NCBI GenBank assembly: GCA_030646995.1
Contig: JAUSKF010000005.1
Coordinates: 11,323-75,322, forward strand
DNA length: 64,000 bases
Reading direction: 5' to 3'
DNA from: a bacterium
GTDB taxonomy: Bacteria > Patescibacteriota > Minisyncoccia > UBA6257 > WO2-44-18
The notes beneath the pieces are model-generated. The model saw nothing but the letters and a program-made list of their open reading frames with translations. It did no database searches and was not told the DNA's origin. Numbering within the stretch: the stretch's first letter is position 1; each line of letters opens with the position of its first letter. Both the position numbers and the translations under genes were made by a program. Below are positions 8,742 through 17,097 of this stretch, piece by piece.

Positions 8742-10084
8742 TTAACGAAGCGAAAAAAATTGAATTAGCCCAATGGTTGCTGGATCCCGACAAGCATCAG
8801 GCTTTGCCGGATAATTTGATTCAACTTGAGCAGAGATTAGAAAATGCCGGTTTGGATATAATCTATCGGAATATTGAATTACCGTTGGTGGAAATTTTGG
8901 GAAAAATGCACGAGGTGGGTATTAAGTTGGATTTAGAGTATTTAAAAAAGCTCGACGAAGAAATTGAGGGCGAACTTTCCGGCTCGGTAAAGAAGATTTT
9001 CAAAGAGGCCGGCGGCGAGTTTAATATCAACTCCCCTAAGCAGTTGTCGGAAATTTTATTCGGGAAATTAAAAATTAATCCCGCCGGCGTTCCCAAAAGA
9101 AAAACTGGCGCTTATTCCACCGACGCGGAGACTTTGAATAAACTTTCAAAAGAGCACGCGATTGTGGATTCGATTTTGAAATATCGAGAGTTGTACAAAC
9201 TGCAATCAACATACGTAAGGCCGCTTCAGGAATTAGCGGATAAAAACGGGCGAGTGCACACGACTTTCGTGCAAACAGCCGCCAGCACCGGCCGTTTGAG
9301 CTCGCATGAGCCGAATCTGCAGAATATTCCCGTAGTTTCCGAATGGGGGAAGAGGATTCGCCAAGGGTTTATCGCGGATAAAGGAAAAAGTTTTTTGGCT
9401 TTGGATTATTCCCAAATTGAGTTGCGAGTTTTAGCGGCGGTATCCGGCGATGAAAGTATGATTGATGCTTTCAAAAAGAATTGGGACATTCACAAGCTCA
9501 CCGCTTCGAAAGTTTATGACGTGCCGCTGGAGAAAGTTACTCCGGAAATGCGCACGGTGGCAAAGACGATGAACTTCGGCGTGATTTACGGAATGGGCCC
9601 GCAGGCTTTCTCGCAGTTGAGCGGCCTGCCTTTTTTGGAAGCCAAGAGATTTATTGATGAATACTTCGCTGATTTCAAAGCCGTGAAAATCTGGCAGGAG
9701 AAAACAATCATTGAGGCGCGGAAAACTGGATTTGTGGAAAACTTAAATGGCAGGAAAAGATTTTTGCCAGGAATTAATCATCCCAATAAGCGCTTCTCTT
9801 CTGAAGCTGAACGCGCGGCAATTAATATGCCGATTCAGGGATTGGCTGCAGACATTATCAAGTTGGCGATGATTAGGGCGGATAAATTAATTAGTTCCAA
9901 AAAACTCGGAGAGCGGGTCCGGATGCTTTTAACTATTCATGACGAGTTGATATTTGAAGTTGATGATAAAGATATAAAGGAAGTAGAAAGCCTGATTAAA
10001 AAAGAAATGGAGGAGGCTTATGATTTAAAATCGGTGAGCTTGAAGGTGGACAGCGCTTCGGGTAAAAATTGGGCGGAACTATAA
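8738..10084 (+). CDS. polA: DNA polymerase I polymerase domain only (3'-5' exonuclease domain absent)
   Basis: Motif A region LDYSQIELRVLA, motif B KTMNFGVIYG, motif C HDELIFEV. The ORF begins at the position equivalent to the start of the Klenow polymerase subdomain. Confidence 0.85.
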   Translation: MINEAKKIELAQWLLDPDKHQALPDNLIQLEQRLENAGLDIIYRNIELPLVEILGKMHEVGIKLDLEYLKKLDEEIEGELSGSVKKIFKEAGGEFNINSPKQLSEILFGKLKINPAGVPKRKTGAYSTDAETLNKLSKEHAIVDSILKYRELYKLQSTYVRPLQELADKNGRVHTTFVQTAASTGRLSSHEPNLQNIPVVSEWGKRIRQGFIADKGKSFLALDYSQIELRVLAAVSGDESMIDAFKKNWDIHKLTASKVYDVPLEKVTPEMRTVAKTMNFGVIYGMGPQAFSQLSGLPFLEAKRFIDEYFADFKAVKIWQEKTIIEARKTGFVENLNGRKRFLPGINHPNKRFSSEAERAAINMPIQGLAADIIKLAMIRADKLISSKKLGERVRMLLTIHDELIFEVDDKDIKEVESLIKKEMEEAYDLKSVSLKVDSASGKNWAEL

Positions 10085-10093
10085 AATATTTTT

Positions 10094-10963
10094 ATGCCTG
10101 AAAAATTTGAGATGCCTCATGCGGATAAGTTAGTCGGAGTACCCACCGAGCACGTGGATAAGCAGGAGATGGCTGAACGGAACTTTACTAAATATTTTGA
10201 ACAGCCAGGTGACAGGGAGAAGCCGTTCGAGTTAGAAAAAACCGCTAAAGACGTTGAGATAATTAACTTTTGCGACGAGTCGGTATGGAAGTATATGCAG
10301 CAATACGGCAGGGAGAAAAATATTAAACTGCCTATGCAAAACGTGCACGTGCTAGAAGAGGGCGGCGTTGAGGTGGCGACAGGGGGAAGGTTTGGAGTAG
10401 GCACACACTCTATGCTGCGCGGCAAGATAGCCGTAGATCGCGACCCATCGGATACCCAATTTTCTCTTGTTACTTTTCACGAGCTTTTTCATGCCAAAGC
10501 TTATCAAGCAGGGCAGATAAAGACTAAAGAAGGAAATTTTGGGTTCGATAAATATCGCAACGGCTTTATCGTGACTTCGCGTGATGGCAAGAAAACTTAT
10601 TTTGATGGTGTAGAAGAGGCGGTTGTAGGCCATATGACCCAAAGATTTTTTAATGAAGTTTTATCCAAAGACCCCAAGTTTATCCCTGAGATTGAGGAGC
10701 GGAAAAAGAATGGGCAGCCTTTTGATATTTCTCGGCAAGACGAGCAAGCGGCCGGGAAGAAAATAGTTGAGGATCTTTTTATTAAGAATCCCGGAAAGTT
10801 TGATAGCAAAGAAGAAATAATGGAAATGTTTATCAAGGCCCAAGTTACCGGAAATATTTTGCCGGTGGCTCGGCTTTTCGAAAAGACTTATGGCAAGGGA
10901 AGCTTCCGAAAATTAGGCGAAGAGACCGGTATGGTAGAAAAAGTTGAAGAAAAAGACAAGTAA
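10094..10963 (+). CDS. Hypothetical protein with HExxH motif (TFHELFHAKAY), possible Zn-metallopeptidase-like
   Basis: 289-aa ORF between polA and fpg. Only the HExxH signature is recognisable. Confidence 0.4.
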   Translation: MPEKFEMPHADKLVGVPTEHVDKQEMAERNFTKYFEQPGDREKPFELEKTAKDVEIINFCDESVWKYMQQYGREKNIKLPMQNVHVLEEGGVEVATGGRFGVGTHSMLRGKIAVDRDPSDTQFSLVTFHELFHAKAYQAGQIKTKEGNFGFDKYRNGFIVTSRDGKKTYFDGVEEAVVGHMTQRFFNEVLSKDPKFIPEIEERKKNGQPFDISRQDEQAAGKKIVEDLFIKNPGKFDSKEEIMEMFIKAQVTGNILPVARLFEKTYGKGSFRKLGEETGMVEKVEEKDK

Positions 10964-10966
10964 TTT

Positions 10967-11878
10967 ATGCCAGAGCTACCGGAAGTCCAAACGGTTGTTA
11001 ATGACCTGAATAAGAAAATTGTGGGCCGGAAAATTACCGGTGTCTGGTTTGACTGGCCGAAGATGATTAAAGACCCGCTGGATCAATCGAGGACCAAAGT
11101 TGCCCACAAACACGTGGCGGTTTTTGAGGGTTTTGTGAAAGGTGAAAAATTTGTGGAAGTTCGCCGCCGCGCGAAAAATATTTTGATTTATCTTACTCAC
11201 GGGAAAATGCTTTTGGCTCATCTGAAAATGACCGGGCATCTCCTTGTTGGTAAGTGGCGAGTCGTTAGTCGTAAAGTCGTGCCGTTATGGCCCAAGGCCA
11301 TCGTAGAGGATCCGTACAACAAATATATTCATCTGATTTTTTATTTAGATAACGGCCAGATGCTCGGCTTTTCCGATTTGCGGAAATTCGCCAAAATTAT
11401 TGCCGGGCCAATAGAAGTTATAGAAAATCTTCCGGAATTAGTTCGGCTTGGCCCAGAGCCGCTAGAAAAAAGTTTTACTTATGAAAAGATGGTAGAGGTA
11501 ATCAAACCAGAGCATCGAAAAATCAAGCAGGTTCTACTGGATCCGGAAGTCATCGCCGGGATTGGAAATATTTATTCCGACGACATTTTATGGAAAGCAA
11601 AAATTAATCCTTTCCGGCCGGCAAATAAATTAAAAGAACCGGAATTAAAGAATATTTATAAAGCGATTAAAGAAGTGCTGACAAAAGCCGTGAAATTGCG
11701 TGGCACTTCTACCAGCGATTTTCGCGACACTGCCGGCCTAGAAGGAGGTTATACTGAATATAGAAGTGTTTATGGGCGAGAAGACGAACCCTGCCCAAGG
11801 TGCGGCACTGGGATTGTGCGCAAGAAGATTGGTGGTCGCTCAGCGCATTTTTGCCCTAAGTGCCAAACTATGAAATAA
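10967..11878 (+). CDS. mutM: Formamidopyrimidine-DNA glycosylase (Fpg/MutM; Fpg/Nei family)
   Basis: MPELPEVQ N-terminus (catalytic Pro2/Glu3) and C-terminal zinc finger CPRCG...CPKCQ. Confidence 0.85.
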   Translation: MPELPEVQTVVNDLNKKIVGRKITGVWFDWPKMIKDPLDQSRTKVAHKHVAVFEGFVKGEKFVEVRRRAKNILIYLTHGKMLLAHLKMTGHLLVGKWRVVSRKVVPLWPKAIVEDPYNKYIHLIFYLDNGQMLGFSDLRKFAKIIAGPIEVIENLPELVRLGPEPLEKSFTYEKMVEVIKPEHRKIKQVLLDPEVIAGIGNIYSDDILWKAKINPFRPANKLKEPELKNIYKAIKEVLTKAVKLRGTSTSDFRDTAGLEGGYTEYRSVYGREDEPCPRCGTGIVRKKIGGRSAHFCPKCQTMK

Positions 11879-11879
11879 A

Positions 11880-12635
11880 ATGCTTATTTATCTTTATGGG
11901 CCCGATGCTTATCGGCGCCAGCAAAAATTAAAGGAAATTACCGAAAAGTTTACCGATAAACACGGTAATTCCGGTTTGGAGCGTTTTGATTTAAGTATGA
12001 AGGGAGAGGTTGAGCGGCTGAAGGATTTTTCTACTACTCAATCTTTATTTGATAGTTCTAAATTTGGAATAGTCTATGAAGCAGATGAGGCCGAGCCGAA
12101 AGAAGTGAATAATCTTTTGAAAATCGCCGATGGCTCAAAGACCATCAGTTTGGCGGTGGTAGCCGACAAAGCTCTGCCGAAGACTTTTAAAATTCTTTCC
12201 GGAGCGGAAGTCATCAGTCAGGAGTTTGATAATTTGGAGTCGGCACAGGTTTCTGCCTTCGCCAAAGCCGAAGCGCAAAGGCGAGATTTTAAATTGAGCG
12301 ACTCTCTTTTGCAGGGCCTGATTTGGAAATACGCCAAAGACACTTGGGGTTTAGTAAATGAAATCGAGAGGTTGGCCTTGGGGGGCAATCCTGAAACGGT
12401 TTTGCGTGAGCAGGATTTCTTTTCGGCAATCAGCCAATTGGAATATGGAAAGACGGCGAGTGTGAAGTTGCCGATTTTGGAGCGATTGATGCACTCAGAA
12501 GATTTACCTAAGATTTTTAATATTTTAGCCGCTATGGCGCGCAATAAAAACAAAATGGCCGATTATGATCTGGCCATTAAATCCGGGAAGCTGGAATACG
12601 AAGAGGTTCTTACCGATTTAGCTCTTAGCAGTTAA
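11880..12635 (+). CDS. holA: DNA polymerase III delta subunit (HolA-like, short form)
   Basis: N-terminus MLIYLYGPDAYRRQQKLKEI resembles the HolA start. 251 aa. Confidence 0.5.
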   Translation: MLIYLYGPDAYRRQQKLKEITEKFTDKHGNSGLERFDLSMKGEVERLKDFSTTQSLFDSSKFGIVYEADEAEPKEVNNLLKIADGSKTISLAVVADKALPKTFKILSGAEVISQEFDNLESAQVSAFAKAEAQRRDFKLSDSLLQGLIWKYAKDTWGLVNEIERLALGGNPETVLREQDFFSAISQLEYGKTASVKLPILERLMHSEDLPKIFNILAAMARNKNKMADYDLAIKSGKLEYEEVLTDLALSS

Positions 12636-12860
12636 TTTAGCCGATAGTCGGGACTTTAAGCGAGAAGCGGTGTTCTTTTTTAAAACGTTTACCTTGGCGG
12701 CTTTATCCAGTTGTTGGAATACAACGGAAAGGAGTTCAGCAGAAGGAGTTTTTTTGTAAGCCTTAACAGCCTCTTTCAAGGTTTTCTTTTGGGAGACATT
12801 CCGCGTTCTGCGGCTCTGACTCTGCCTCCAAGCTTTTTTGGCTGAACGGGTGATTGGCAT
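12618..12860 (-). CDS. rpsT: 30S ribosomal protein S20
   Basis: MPITRSAKKAWRQSQSRRTRN..., basic 80-aa protein. Confidence 0.9.
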   Translation of the reverse strand: MPITRSAKKAWRQSQSRRTRNVSQKKTLKEAVKAYKKTPSAELLSVVFQQLDKAAKVNVLKKNTASRLKSRLSAKLTAKS

Positions 12861-12923
12861 GGGAAATGTTTAAATATTTAAACGTTTAAATATAATAGAC
12901 AAAAACGGGAAGTTTTGCAATAG

Positions 12924-13580
12924 CTATGGCTTAAAGATAATGAATTTATATCCTACAAAATTCCACATCACATTCGGGACGATGGCGGTGAATTTGGAGA
13001 TGTTTTCCCATAATGGCTCACCCATTCCTTCGGGGGCTCCAATCACAGAAGTCATTAAATAGACGATTCCTGTGTTTAACAGTAATCCGGTGAAGGTTAC
13101 ACAGATGAACCGAGAATATTCTTTCAAATTTGGCCGCTCGCCCTCTTTCTTGAAAGCCCATAAGCGGTTCCAAAAGTAGGCGTTGGTGGTGGCGATTAAA
13201 AACCCGACGGAATTAAAAAGAATAATCAGCGGGCCGGAATAAACTTTAAAAATAAGGCTGAAAATATTCAAAATACCCAAGTCGATAAACGCGCTTAAGG
13301 CTCCCGCTGCTCCGTATTTGGCGAACTGGAACATCGTCGGAGACCGCAAACCAATCAGTCCGGCAATCCACATTGAAAAATTAGCGAACAAGAAAAATCC
13401 AATAATAGTTACCGCGCCGCTGGCCAAGGTTAGTTCCCATTGAGGTGGCTGCAGGTTTTCTAGAATTGGCAGGGCGAAAGCTCCGAAGAGTAAGCCGATG
13501 ATCGATACCAGATAGTAGTCTTTTTTTGTGGCGACTCCAGTCATAAAGTTAACCTTACCGCTTATTGACTGGGACTGCAA
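12924..13580 (-). CDS. GtrA-family membrane protein (polysaccharide synthesis/translocation associated)
   Basis: Four TM segments with conserved GtrA-like FxxVGxxxxxNxxxxWxFxF patterns (YFWNRLWAFK, MWNFVGYKFIIFK). N-terminal extension. Confidence 0.6.
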   Translation of the reverse strand: MQSQSISGKVNFMTGVATKKDYYLVSIIGLLFGAFALPILENLQPPQWELTLASGAVTIIGFFLFANFSMWIAGLIGLRSPTMFQFAKYGAAGALSAFIDLGILNIFSLIFKVYSGPLIILFNSVGFLIATTNAYFWNRLWAFKKEGERPNLKEYSRFICVTFTGLLLNTGIVYLMTSVIGAPEGMGEPLWENISKFTAIVPNVMWNFVGYKFIIFKP

Positions 13581-13653
13581 AATCGGCTATACTGTATCCC
13601 AGTAAATGGCATCGCGCCATTTAAACAAAACCCCATTTTGGAAGGAGGCCAGC

Positions 13654-13959
13654 ATGGCGAGCTACGATCGTTCGGCTCAGCGCAACGAGAAGAAGGGCAA
13701 GAAGAAGGGCGGAGGCGGGCAGCAGCCGGCGCGGAAGCGTAAGTATTACTCGATTTTCATTCCGGTTCGGAAGGTGGTGAGGATGCTGAAGTCCTGCAGT
13801 GCCGAGTTCGTCGGCAAGCTGGCCTGCAAGGAGCGGCAGGAGGCCAAGCCCGATGAGATTCAGGGAGCGCTTCATGCTCTCGCGGACGACGGTGCTTCGG
13901 GAGAGTACGGCGAGCGAGTTCAGGAGTTGGCAAAAGAGGCGCTCGAGTATGTGAAGTGA
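13654..13959 (+). CDS. Hypothetical basic small protein in a G+C-rich cassette
   Basis: SD AAGGAGG 6 nt before ATG at 13654. The tracked ORF starts further upstream at 13606. Confidence 0.35.
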   Translation: MASYDRSAQRNEKKGKKKGGGGQQPARKRKYYSIFIPVRKVVRMLKSCSAEFVGKLACKERQEAKPDEIQGALHALADDGASGEYGERVQELAKEALEYVK

Positions 13960-13964
13960 TTGTT

Positions 13965-13991
13965 CCCGCACCGAAAGGTGCGGGTTTTTTA
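13965..13991 (+). terminator. Intrinsic terminator CCCGCACC-GAAA-GGTGCGGG plus T6
   Basis: Perfect 8-bp GC stem with GAAA loop followed by TTTTTTATT. Confidence 0.65.
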
Positions 13992-14006
13992 TTCCCCTAT
14001 CCCCCA

Positions 14007-14036
14007 TTGACAAATGTAGAGCTGGTATGGTATAAT
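14007..14036 (+). promoter_or_regulatory. Near-consensus sigma70 promoter TTGACA-N18-TGgTATAAT (extended -10)
   Basis: Seen directly. Positioned about 50 bp upstream of ORF 14088 with SD AAGGAGA. Confidence 0.55.
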
Positions 14037-14087
14037 ACACCTGTCAAGTGACCTTAACAATTTAGTTCCCCAAACAAGGAGATAGCC

Positions 14088-14525
14088 ATGATTGAGTGCC
14101 AACAGCCCAAGAAGTGGATCGGTGCGGCCAGTGTGAAGGATGTCTTGACGATAATCCTTCAGTTGCAGTTCGAGTGCGCCGGGCGGTTCCTCTATTTTCT
14201 CAGCGAGAGCGAGGATGAGGATGGGACCCTGGTGGCCTGTCTGGAAGTCGGAGAAGTGGGTGCTGGCGGGAAGTGGTGCAAAGAGATGTACTTCACCGGC
14301 TTCGGACATGACGCCCGGCTGTTGAAGGCCTTCTACAATCAGTTCCTGCCGGCGCGGGATGGCGACCATTTGAAAGTGGCGGCCATGCTCCGAGCTGGTA
14401 TCTGCGATCCGGAAGACATTTATGCCGGACTGCAGATTCAAGATGCCGATGCTCTGATGACTGCCATTGAGGCAGCCCAGAAGCACGGATTCGGACTTCA
14501 TCTTTTCGTTCACCTCAAAGACTAG
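14088..14525 (+). CDS. Hypothetical protein (G+C-rich orphan, 145 aa)
   Basis: Own promoter, SD and terminator. No recognisable motif. Confidence 0.4.
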   Translation: MIECQQPKKWIGAASVKDVLTIILQLQFECAGRFLYFLSESEDEDGTLVACLEVGEVGAGGKWCKEMYFTGFGHDARLLKAFYNQFLPARDGDHLKVAAMLRAGICDPEDIYAGLQIQDADALMTAIEAAQKHGFGLHLFVHLKD

Positions 14526-14564
14526 GAGGCTGTGGATGTCAGGCAACGTAACGCCCTTCCATGG

Positions 14565-14848
14565 CCCCCTATTCCCACATGATCTCCGCAGCGATGCGGA
14601 GATTTTTTATTTAGTACGAGGCTTCGAGGACGCAGGTGTAGACTCTACTCCCAGTCCGAGAAACGAACCTGCCTGCCGGTAGGCAGGGTAATAAATAATA
14701 AAATCCCGCATCCCGAAGGGTTGTGGTTAAAATTCTTTATTTCTATGTCGTCGAATATCTGACATAGAGTCTATGCCTTATTATTCTCCTCCTCGAAATA
14801 AAGAATTTTTCCTCACAACGCTGCTAGAGCTTATGTGGGAATAGGGGG
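14565..14848. repeat. About 285-bp non-coding element bounded by a 16-bp inverted repeat (CCCCCTATTCCCACAT / ATGTGGGAATAGGGGG) with nested inner inverted repeats
   Basis: Seen directly. Inner IR AAAATTCTTTATTTC / GAAATAAAGAATTTT and hairpins at 14669-14688 and 14743-14767. Confidence 0.45.
14582..14610 (+). terminator. Intrinsic terminator TCTCCGCA-GCGA-TGCGGAGA plus T-run
   Basis: Hairpin followed by TTTTTTATTT. Confidence 0.55.
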
Positions 14849-14862
14849 CTGGGGGCGTTTTT

Positions 14863-16662
14863 TTATACCTCCATCGCGTTCTTGGCCAGTTCTTCTTCCA
14901 CGATTGGTTTGTTTATGGCCATCGGGTGTAGCCCCATTTTTTTATTAAATTTTTCCTGTACTTTCCGGCGACGCAAGGTTTCCAACATTGTTTTTTTAAT
15001 AGAGTCAGTAAGAAAATCAGCGTAGAAAATAACTTTTCCGTTAATTGAGCGGGCGGCACGACCGGCCATTTGAATCAGGCCACGGTAGTTACGTAAAAAC
15101 CCCTCTCGGTCGGCATCAAGGATCGCCACCAAGCTAACTTCGGGCAAATCCAAGCCTTCGCGCAACAAATTAATTCCCACCACTACATCAATATCGCCGC
15201 GGCGTAACGCTTGCAATACTTTCGGGCGTTCTAAGGTTTTAATTTCTGAATGAAGATATTGCGTTTTAATTCCTTGCTCCAAAAGATATTCAGTAAGATC
15301 TTCAGCGGAGCGCTTGGTAAGAGTCAGAGCCAACACGCGCTCATTTTTCGCTATGCGCTTTCTGATTTCCCCAACAAGATGTAGAACTTGATTCTTTGCC
15401 GGGCGGATTTGAATTTCCGGATCTAAAATTCCTGTTGGCCTCAATAGCTGCTCAACAGCCGGACCCATTTGTAATTCATATGGCCCAGGAGTGGCAGAGA
15501 CGTAAATCGTCTGGTTGATTTTTGCGTTGAATTCCGCGAAAGTCAGCGGCCGGTTATCCAGCGCCGAAGGAAGTCGGAAACCGTAGTTGATTAGATTCAT
15601 CTTCCGGCGGCGATCACTTTCTTGCATAGCATTTAATTGAGGAACGGCGATATGTGATTCATCAATGAAAAGTAAAAATGGCTTCGGGAAATAATCCAGC
15701 AAAGTTGTGGGTGGCTCGCCCGGCTCGCGGAAGCTCAAGTGGCGGGAATAATTCTCCACGCCGTTCACGTAGCCCTTCTTTTTGAGCATATCCATATCAA
15801 AATTTGTTTTCTTTTCTAGACGGGTGGCCTCTTCAAATTTATTCGCCGATTGTAGCTGTTCCACTCGGTCATCAAGTTCGTTTTTAATGTTTTCGAGAGC
15901 GAGATTGAGCTTGTGTTGAGGGGTTACCCAGAATTTCGCCGGGTAGATAGACATGCCGACTAATGACTGCTGACTAATGACTGATGACTTGGGATCAATT
16001 TTTTTAATGGAGATTATTTTTCTTTTTTCAAAGGCGATTTCAAAGATTTCGTCGGTTACCAAGTGGATGCGGGCGATGTTTTTCTCAAACGAGAACTGGC
16101 CCAGCAGTGGCGAGGCATTATTTTTTTCATACTGCAAAAGATTTAGGTGGCGGGTCAGGTCTTTTGGGTCAATAATCTGGCCGGTCTTCAGTTCCAGCCG
16201 GGCGTTTTGATATTCATTGGGGTCGCCGACACCATAAATACAGGAAACAGAAGCGATAACGATGGCGTCTTTGCGGGCGAGTACCGCCTGAATGGCCGAG
16301 TGGCGTAGTTTGTCTATCTCCGCGTTGATGCGCGCATCTTTTTGGATATAAGTTTTCGTTTGCGGCATAAAGGCCTCGGGTTGATAGTAGTCGTAGTAAG
16401 AAACGAAATAATGGACGGCGTGATTAGGGAAAAATTGTTTGAACTCCTGATAAAGTTGAGCGGCCAATATTTTGTTGGGCGAGATGATAATAGTAGGCAG
16501 GCCGGTTTTTTCTATAACTGAAGCCATCGTGAAGGTCTTGCCGGAACCCGTCACGCCCAAAAGAGTCTGGTGTTTTGCGCCAGATTCCAGGCCGCGGGTC
16601 AGCTTCTCAATGGCCTGCATTTGGTCCCCTTTCGGCGAAAAATTAGATATTAGCTTAAACAT
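14863..16662 (-). CDS. uvrB: Excinuclease ABC subunit B (UvrB)
   Basis: GVTGSGKTFTMA Walker A, YYDYYQPEA beta-hairpin region, helicase motifs. 599 aa. Confidence 0.9.
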   Translation of the reverse strand: MFKLISNFSPKGDQMQAIEKLTRGLESGAKHQTLLGVTGSGKTFTMASVIEKTGLPTIIISPNKILAAQLYQEFKQFFPNHAVHYFVSYYDYYQPEAFMPQTKTYIQKDARINAEIDKLRHSAIQAVLARKDAIVIASVSCIYGVGDPNEYQNARLELKTGQIIDPKDLTRHLNLLQYEKNNASPLLGQFSFEKNIARIHLVTDEIFEIAFEKRKIISIKKIDPKSSVISQQSLVGMSIYPAKFWVTPQHKLNLALENIKNELDDRVEQLQSANKFEEATRLEKKTNFDMDMLKKKGYVNGVENYSRHLSFREPGEPPTTLLDYFPKPFLLFIDESHIAVPQLNAMQESDRRRKMNLINYGFRLPSALDNRPLTFAEFNAKINQTIYVSATPGPYELQMGPAVEQLLRPTGILDPEIQIRPAKNQVLHLVGEIRKRIAKNERVLALTLTKRSAEDLTEYLLEQGIKTQYLHSEIKTLERPKVLQALRRGDIDVVVGINLLREGLDLPEVSLVAILDADREGFLRNYRGLIQMAGRAARSINGKVIFYADFLTDSIKKTMLETLRRRKVQEKFNKKMGLHPMAINKPIVEEELAKNAMEV

Positions 16663-16679
16663 TCTTTGGGGTAATTAAG

Positions 16680-17072
16680 TTATTTAGAAGTTGAGTCATT
16701 TAGTTGGGCTTTCTTTATGCTATTTACATACCCGTTAATTAAAAGACGAACTTCGTCACAGTTATTTAGGAGATTATTGCATTCGTCCATTGGGGCATAC
16801 TTCAAGTCTCGGATGGCAATAATGTGGTTAACGGTTTCTTCCAGAGAGCCGCGTGCTTGGCGACAAAACTGTATATTCTCCTGGTAATGATACCTACCAA
16901 AGCCTTCCGCGATATTTGCAGAAGCTGATGCGGCAGAGCGTCTGATTTGGGAGGTTATGTTAAATTTTTCCTCTTTTGGCATAAGGTTTGTTAGGCTATA
17001 AATTTTTAGCATAAGACTATGCGCTTTTTGCCAGACGATCAGGTCTGTGAATTTGTTGATAGTTTTAGCCAT
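16680..17072 (-). CDS. Four-helix-bundle protein (TIGR02436 / 23S rRNA IVS protein family; DGR Avd-like)
   Basis: DLIVWQKAHSLMLKIY...SQIRRSAASASANIAEGFGR...ARGSLEE pattern typical of this family. 130 aa. Confidence 0.7.
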   Translation of the reverse strand: MAKTINKFTDLIVWQKAHSLMLKIYSLTNLMPKEEKFNITSQIRRSAASASANIAEGFGRYHYQENIQFCRQARGSLEETVNHIIAIRDLKYAPMDECNNLLNNCDEVRLLINGYVNSIKKAQLNDSTSK

Positions 17073-17097
17073 ATTTACTTAATTTCTTAATGACTTA

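Noticed and set aside
8863-10843. Multiple minus-strand ORFs (8863..9096, 9233..9415, 10117..10425, 10352..10642, 10597..10836, 10661..10843) inside polA and the HExxH gene
   Set aside because: Antisense to strongly supported plus-strand genes. No motifs.
15960-15992. Repeat in uvrB considered as a foreign insertion
   Set aside because: Hand alignment to canonical UvrB shows the segment replaces a loop of equal length (IDP...IYPAKF spacing preserved). It is therefore a sequence-composition oddity, not an insertion. Kept only as part of the repeat-motif finding.
16680-17072. Diversity-generating retroelement at the Avd-like gene
   Set aside because: No reverse transcriptase motif and no obvious TR/VR repeat pair within the window. 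Reported only as an orphan Avd-like gene.
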